The translations under genes were made by a program, and so were the position numbers. From an uncultured bacterium (GTDB taxonomy: Bacteria; Desulfobacterota; Binatia; HRBIN30; CADEER01), in NCBI GenBank assembly GCA_963757755.1, contig CAVWTK010000004.1, positions 126,278-190,277 of the forward strand: a stretch of DNA of 64,000 bases. The letters are read 5' to 3'. The notes under the pieces were generated by a model that searched no databases, had not been told where the DNA came from, and was given only the letters and a program-made list of their open reading frames with translations. Shown here piece by piece: positions 61,404 to 64,000 of the stretch. Numbering within the stretch: the first letter of the stretch is position 1; every line of letters starts with the position of its first letter.

Positions 61404-61419
61404 GGGTGTGCTTCTTGCA
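61404..61419 (+). promoter_or_regulatory. Putative sigma54 promoter
   Basis: GGGTGTGCTTCTTGCA (GG-N10-GC). Confidence 0.5.
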
Positions 61420-61448
61420 ACACGGAGCGGCAGAAAGAGGAGGGACTT

Positions 61449-61952
61449 ATGCATCGATGGCTCGTAGCACCACTAGTTCTCTGTGTGGTCGACGCCGCTT
61501 TGGCTGGCACCTCTGCCACGTCGCAGTCGTTCGTGCGCAAGGCCGCCACCGACGGCATGGCGGAGGTCGAGCTCGCGCGCATCGCGGTCGACAAATCTGA
61601 CAATCCGAAGGTGGAGCAGTTCGCGCAGATGATGGTTAAGGATCACACCGCCGCGGACCGGGATCTGAAGGCGCTCGCGAAGAAGGAGGGTGTGACCGTG
61701 CCGAGTAGTCCGACGGCGAAGCAGCAGGCCGAGGCGAAGGCACTGCGAGCAAAGTCGGGCCACGCCTTCGACGCTGCATATGCGGCGCAGATGGTAAAAG
61801 ATCATCAGAGCGCCGTCGATCTCTTCCACAGGGCGAGCCAGGATCAGAGCCTCGACGCGGATCTGCGCACCTTTGCGCAGAAGACGCTGCCCACGTTGCA
61901 GTTCCATCTTCAGGAAGCGAAAATGATGAACGACGCCGTGGCGCAGCGGTGA
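61449..61952 (+). CDS. DUF4142 ferritin-like periplasmic protein
   Basis: FVRKAA..GMAEVELA, FAQMMVKDH, FDAAY..MVKDH, LPTL..HL. Confidence 0.9.
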   Translation: MHRWLVAPLVLCVVDAALAGTSATSQSFVRKAATDGMAEVELARIAVDKSDNPKVEQFAQMMVKDHTAADRDLKALAKKEGVTVPSSPTAKQQAEAKALRAKSGHAFDAAYAAQMVKDHQSAVDLFHRASQDQSLDADLRTFAQKTLPTLQFHLQEAKMMNDAVAQR

Positions 61953-62149
61953 GGGGCGCCCGGACGCGGAGCATCGCGGTTGCCGCGGATGGGGCGGGGG
62001 GCGTGGCAACGGCTCCGCCGAGAGCCTGCGCGGCGGCGGGACCCGACGTTGCCGACGCCATCTCCGATGCGCACGCCAACCCATGCGTAGGGGCTACCTG
62101 AGAATCTTCTGCCGTTACCCTGGAGGTACTTGGGGAACCACCTGTCGGG

Positions 62150-62900
62150 ATGACCGGATCAGCGCGCGCGTTGAGGTATGCCGCTTGCTCGCGAATGCCG
62201 CGAGCAGACGCCGGCGGACTTCGTCTTCGCGGTGAAAGGAAGCCGATGCATCACCCACAGCAAGAAGCTGCGCGACGTGGCCACGCCGCTGGCCAACTTC
62301 TTCGCGTCCGGGATTCTACGCCTCGCGGAGAAGCTCGGGCCGATCGCTTGGCAACTTCCGCAGAACGCCCGCTTCGACCCGGAGCGACTCGCGGCATTCT
62401 TCTCCCTGCTCCCGCGCGACAGCGAGGCCGCCGCGCGGCTGGCGCGCCGACATGACCATCGCCTTGACGGGCGAAGCTGGACTTGACCGGGGCCGAAGCG
62501 GCGTCTCCGCCACGCCATCGAAGTGCGAACCGAGACCTTTTGCGTGCCGATGTTCGCACACCTGGCGCGCCGCCACGGCGTCGCCGTCGTCTGCTCCGAT
62601 TCGCCGGACTGGCCGCGTATCGAGGAGCTGACCGCGGGATTCGTGTATGCGCGCCTGCACGGCGCCGAGCGCAAGTACGCGAGCCGCTACGGCGACGCCG
62701 CCCTGGATGGCTGGGCGACGCGCATCCAATGCTGGCAGGCGGGTGAGCAGCCGGCCGACGCCCGCCGGATCGCGAACTGGATGCCCCCGCGCCGTACGTG
62801 CCGCGACGTCTACGTCTTGTTCGACAAATGACTACGAAGCCAACGCGTCGCACGACGCCGTGCGCTTGGCTCAGCGTCTCGGCGTCACCGCGCAGAACCC
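62150..62900 (+). pseudogene. DUF72-family protein, degenerate; bounds approximate
   Basis: TPADFVFAVKGSR.ITH, KLGPIAWQLP, FVYARLHG, DVYVLFD; N-terminus eroded, several frameshifts. Confidence 0.8.
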
Positions 62901-63118
62901 GCGTGGCGAGATCGACAGCGCGACGACGCGCGCCCAGTACGGACGGCCCGCCGCGGCGCGCGAACCCAGCGCGGCCTGCGATCAGCCGTGGTTGGCGATG
63001 AGGGAAATCAGAACGTCCAACCCGGGCTTGGGAGGACGCGTGTTCCAGGACGTGAAGGCGCACGGCGCCGTACCAGTCCAGTACAGCGGGACGCCCTTCA
63101 CAGTTCCGCATTCGCACG

Positions 63119-63523
63119 CTACGTGGTTCCGCACGAGCGTGCAGGCGGATCACGAACGCAGTGGCGTAAGATGATCTCGAGCAGCTTCTCAGGCTCGCTC
63201 GGCTTTTCCGCATACGCCTGAACCCGCATCTGGCGGGCAGCATCGTCAAGGTTGGGGGCGGATGAGAAAAGGACCACGGGTATATCTCTGAGCGTTCTAT
63301 CCCTGAGTTGGGCCCGACGGAACGCGTAGCCCGTCATGATCGGCATCTCGAGGTCAAGCACGACGATGCACGGCCGCAGGCCCCCCACCAGTTTGTTCAG
63401 CGCCTCACGTCCGTCCGCCGCGGTCTCGACGCGGAAGCCTTCGCCTTCGAGCAGAAAGCGGAGCCCTTCACGCGACTCGCGATGGTCGTCGACCAGTAGG
63501 ACGGTGTCCGCTTCGGAACGCAT
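63119..63523 (-). CDS. Single-domain response regulator
   Basis: VLLVDD, VLDLEMP, IPVV, EKP. Confidence 0.88.
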   Translation of the reverse strand: MRSEADTVLLVDDHRESREGLRFLLEGEGFRVETAADGREALNKLVGGLRPCIVVLDLEMPIMTGYAFRRAQLRDRTLRDIPVVLFSSAPNLDDAARQMRVQAYAEKPSEPEKLLEIILRHCVRDPPARSCGTT

Positions 63524-63545
63524 GTCAGTAAGCCTCGCAACCCTC

Positions 63546-64000
63546 TCACGCGGCTGGGCGGACGCGCGGCGCGCGCGGCACGAGATGACGGCGCAGCGCC
63601 TCGTCCAACCCAGCGACGCAGCTCGGCTTCCCCCGCGCTGCTATCGCCAGCGGTGAGATGACGCGGAAGAGTCGTTCCACCGCCGTCCAGTCCACGCCGG
63701 CGCACAGGGCGTCGGCCAGCAGCGAGCCCGGTAGATGGTGGCGGCCGAGTTCGACGAAATCGGAGGCGGGAATGCCGGCCACGACGCAGGCGAGCCGCGG
63801 CTCGAGCGCCGCCAGCAGCGCTGCCGTGGAGCCACCGCGGGACAATCCGTATACGCTGATCGCGCGGCCACCCTCGGCGCGGATCCAGGCGATCAGCTGC
63901 CGCACATCCCATACCGACTGTGCGTGTCGAGACAGTCGCCGGAGAAGTATCCGTCGCCGCCCATCCCAACTGGTGCGGCGCGGGCCGTGGAGCGGCGGCA
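63546..64000 (-). pseudogene. Alpha/beta hydrolase fragment (runs off the window)
   Basis: PLHGPR, GLSRGG nucleophile elbow, VVAGIP; frameshift and apparently missing C-terminus. Confidence 0.6.

Overview
High-GC bacterial chromosome segment. The gene content (F420-type LLM oxidoreductases, a DUF1302 outer-membrane protein, ccmABCD, many sigma54 promoters) suggests a delta-proteobacteria-like lineage such as Ca. Binatota; this is an inference. Region 1-34 kb is housekeeping: thiC, ccmABCD, hemD-hemE-hemH-hemY, rne, thiO, a MetE half, tRNA-Val(GAC), thrS-rpmI-rplT-pheS-pheT-ihfA-MerR with no infC, and convergent gltX/glnS. These genes carry many single-base indels that are almost certainly sequencing or assembly errors, so their coordinates are approximate. 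Region 34.4-64 kb is accessory: a GAF-GAF sigma54 activator, then a general-stress/signalling island (hemerythrins, two DUF6496, ferritin-like, BON, DUF4142, MgtC, metallothionein-like, PHP, CHASE3 and ethylene-receptor-like hybrid kinases). The last ~10 kb appears to be genuinely decaying through deletions. The best leads are about ten correctly spaced -24/-12 promoters before stress and orphan genes, an ETR1-like sensor kinase, a pair of paralogous small proteins of unrecognised family, the missing infC, and several REP/MITE-like elements. No CRISPR array, prophage or intact transposase was seen.
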